Below, piece by piece: positions 37,099 to 37,872 of a stretch of DNA of 37,872 bases. The position numbers were made by a program, and so were the translations under genes. Source of the stretch: a virus; UHGV virus genome UHGV-0206450; one strand, given 5' to 3'. The first letter of the stretch is position 1; each line of letters starts with the position of its first letter. The notes beneath the pieces were generated by a model. The model did not search any database and was not told the origin of the DNA. It saw nothing but the letters and a program-made list of their open reading frames with translations.

Positions 37099-37814
37099 GC
37101 CCGATCCTCCATATCCAATTCTGTTTGAATCTGATTGATTCGTTCCTTGGTTACAGATGACGGCTGCCAATGATCAATGAACCCCAAAACTTTTTGGAAA
37201 TCCTTGTCTTTGATACGGCCACGATTCGGAACACCAAATAATTGTTTGATGCTAGATCCCAAATCCTGAAACAGCATGCTTTTTGCGCCTTGCCCAAGAT
37301 GTTGATCCTTGCAGATCTGATAGACTTTCTTTTGAACAGCTCGATCGATGGTGCCTTTGTCTTCGGTAGTGATCAGCTTGTTTTCTTCGATATCTACCAG
37401 ACGTTCGCTGATATCATCGATACGTTGGTTCGCTTCCTCGTTTGCAGCTAATGCCAACAATGCAAGACCTCGTGGTGTATCTGGAATTTGCGGTTGTTGC
37501 TTGATGTGATCCTCCATTTGGTTGAATGCTTCAATGTATTTAAGTTTGAACGCATCTGCTTTTTTGCCTGTGAATCCTACAGCGATAAATGTCCAACCGT
37601 CCCGATTCATGTAATACATCTTCTGTTCTCTTCCTCTAGAATCTCTATAAGACCCCAAGGCAAACATTTTTTCGTAATGCGCTGAATTTTCAGCCGATTG
37701 AATCTTGGATTCAATAGCCTGTATTACGTTTTTGTGTTCCTTCTCAAAACTTTCAGCTAAATTTAAGCTGGTTGTTACTGCTTGCTGATCTTTCATAATT
37801 ACTAAATTTGTCAT
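37095..37814 (-). CDS. Rha-family phage regulatory protein / antirepressor
   Basis: N-terminal MTNLVIMKDQQAVTTSLNLAESFEKEHKNVIQAI, typical of the Rha family. Confidence 0.8.
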   Translation of the reverse strand: MTNLVIMKDQQAVTTSLNLAESFEKEHKNVIQAIESKIQSAENSAHYEKMFALGSYRDSRGREQKMYYMNRDGWTFIAVGFTGKKADAFKLKYIEAFNQMEDHIKQQPQIPDTPRGLALLALAANEEANQRIDDISERLVDIEENKLITTEDKGTIDRAVQKKVYQICKDQHLGQGAKSMLFQDLGSSIKQLFGVPNRGRIKDKDFQKVLGFIDHWQPSSVTKERINQIQTELDMEDRA

Positions 37815-37834
37815 TTTTTAATTTCCTTTCTGTT

Positions 37835-37843
37835 GTATAATTT
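37835..37843 (+). promoter_or_regulatory. Extended -10 element (TGtTATAAT) on the + strand at the window end
   Basis: ctgTTGTATAATttcc. If the ends are contiguous it would drive ORF 19..285. Confidence 0.3.
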
Positions 37844-37872
37844 CCTTATCAGTCAGTGGTCGGCTGAAATAA

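Noticed and set aside
1-37872. CRISPR array or Cas operon
   Set aside because: No regularly spaced direct repeats were found. The only Cas-like hint is the solo Cas2/VapD-like ORF at 19..285.

Overview
The window looks like a complete or near-complete temperate siphovirus genome from a low-GC Firmicute (Enterococcus/Listeria/Lactobacillus-like), about 37.9 kb, probably circularly permuted rather than an integrated prophage with host flanks. The lysogeny module (genetic switch, CI-like S24 repressor, large serine integrase) sits on the + strand at 0.8-3.6 kb. Almost everything else runs on the - strand as one lytic series:
- an early region from about 37.8 kb wrapping through 0.2-1.1 kb (Cro/MOR-like regulator, Rha antirepressor, ERF recombinase, DUF1351 protein, HNH protein, replication initiator);
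- an accessory block at 26.6-33 kb (tyrosine recombinase, MazG-like, C5-cytosine methyltransferase plus a DPPH methyltransferase, YopX, many small ORFs);
- an ArpU-family late regulator followed by a phage-borne tRNA-Pro(UGG) unit with its own promoter and terminator;
- packaging and structure (TerS, TerL, portal, minor capsid, scaffold, major capsid, connectors, major tail, chaperone pair, tape measure, Dit, a 1453-aa Tal/fibre);
- lysis (XhlA-like, holin, GH25-SH3b endolysin).
The most striking feature is in the structural operon. Major capsid and major tail proteins both end in oligo-threonine tails written with mixed codons, and a 291-aa protein with a DxD motif sits immediately after the major tail gene. 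This suggests a virion O-glycosylation module, but the claim is inference from motif and position only. Other points of interest:
- a VapD/Cas2-superfamily-like moron;
- a second (tyrosine) recombinase inside the early operon;
- tandem orphan methyltransferases;
- a three-operator genetic switch;
- small membrane and zinc-ribbon genes expressed from the lysogeny side.
All calls come from reading the sequence and the ORF track. No database searches were run.
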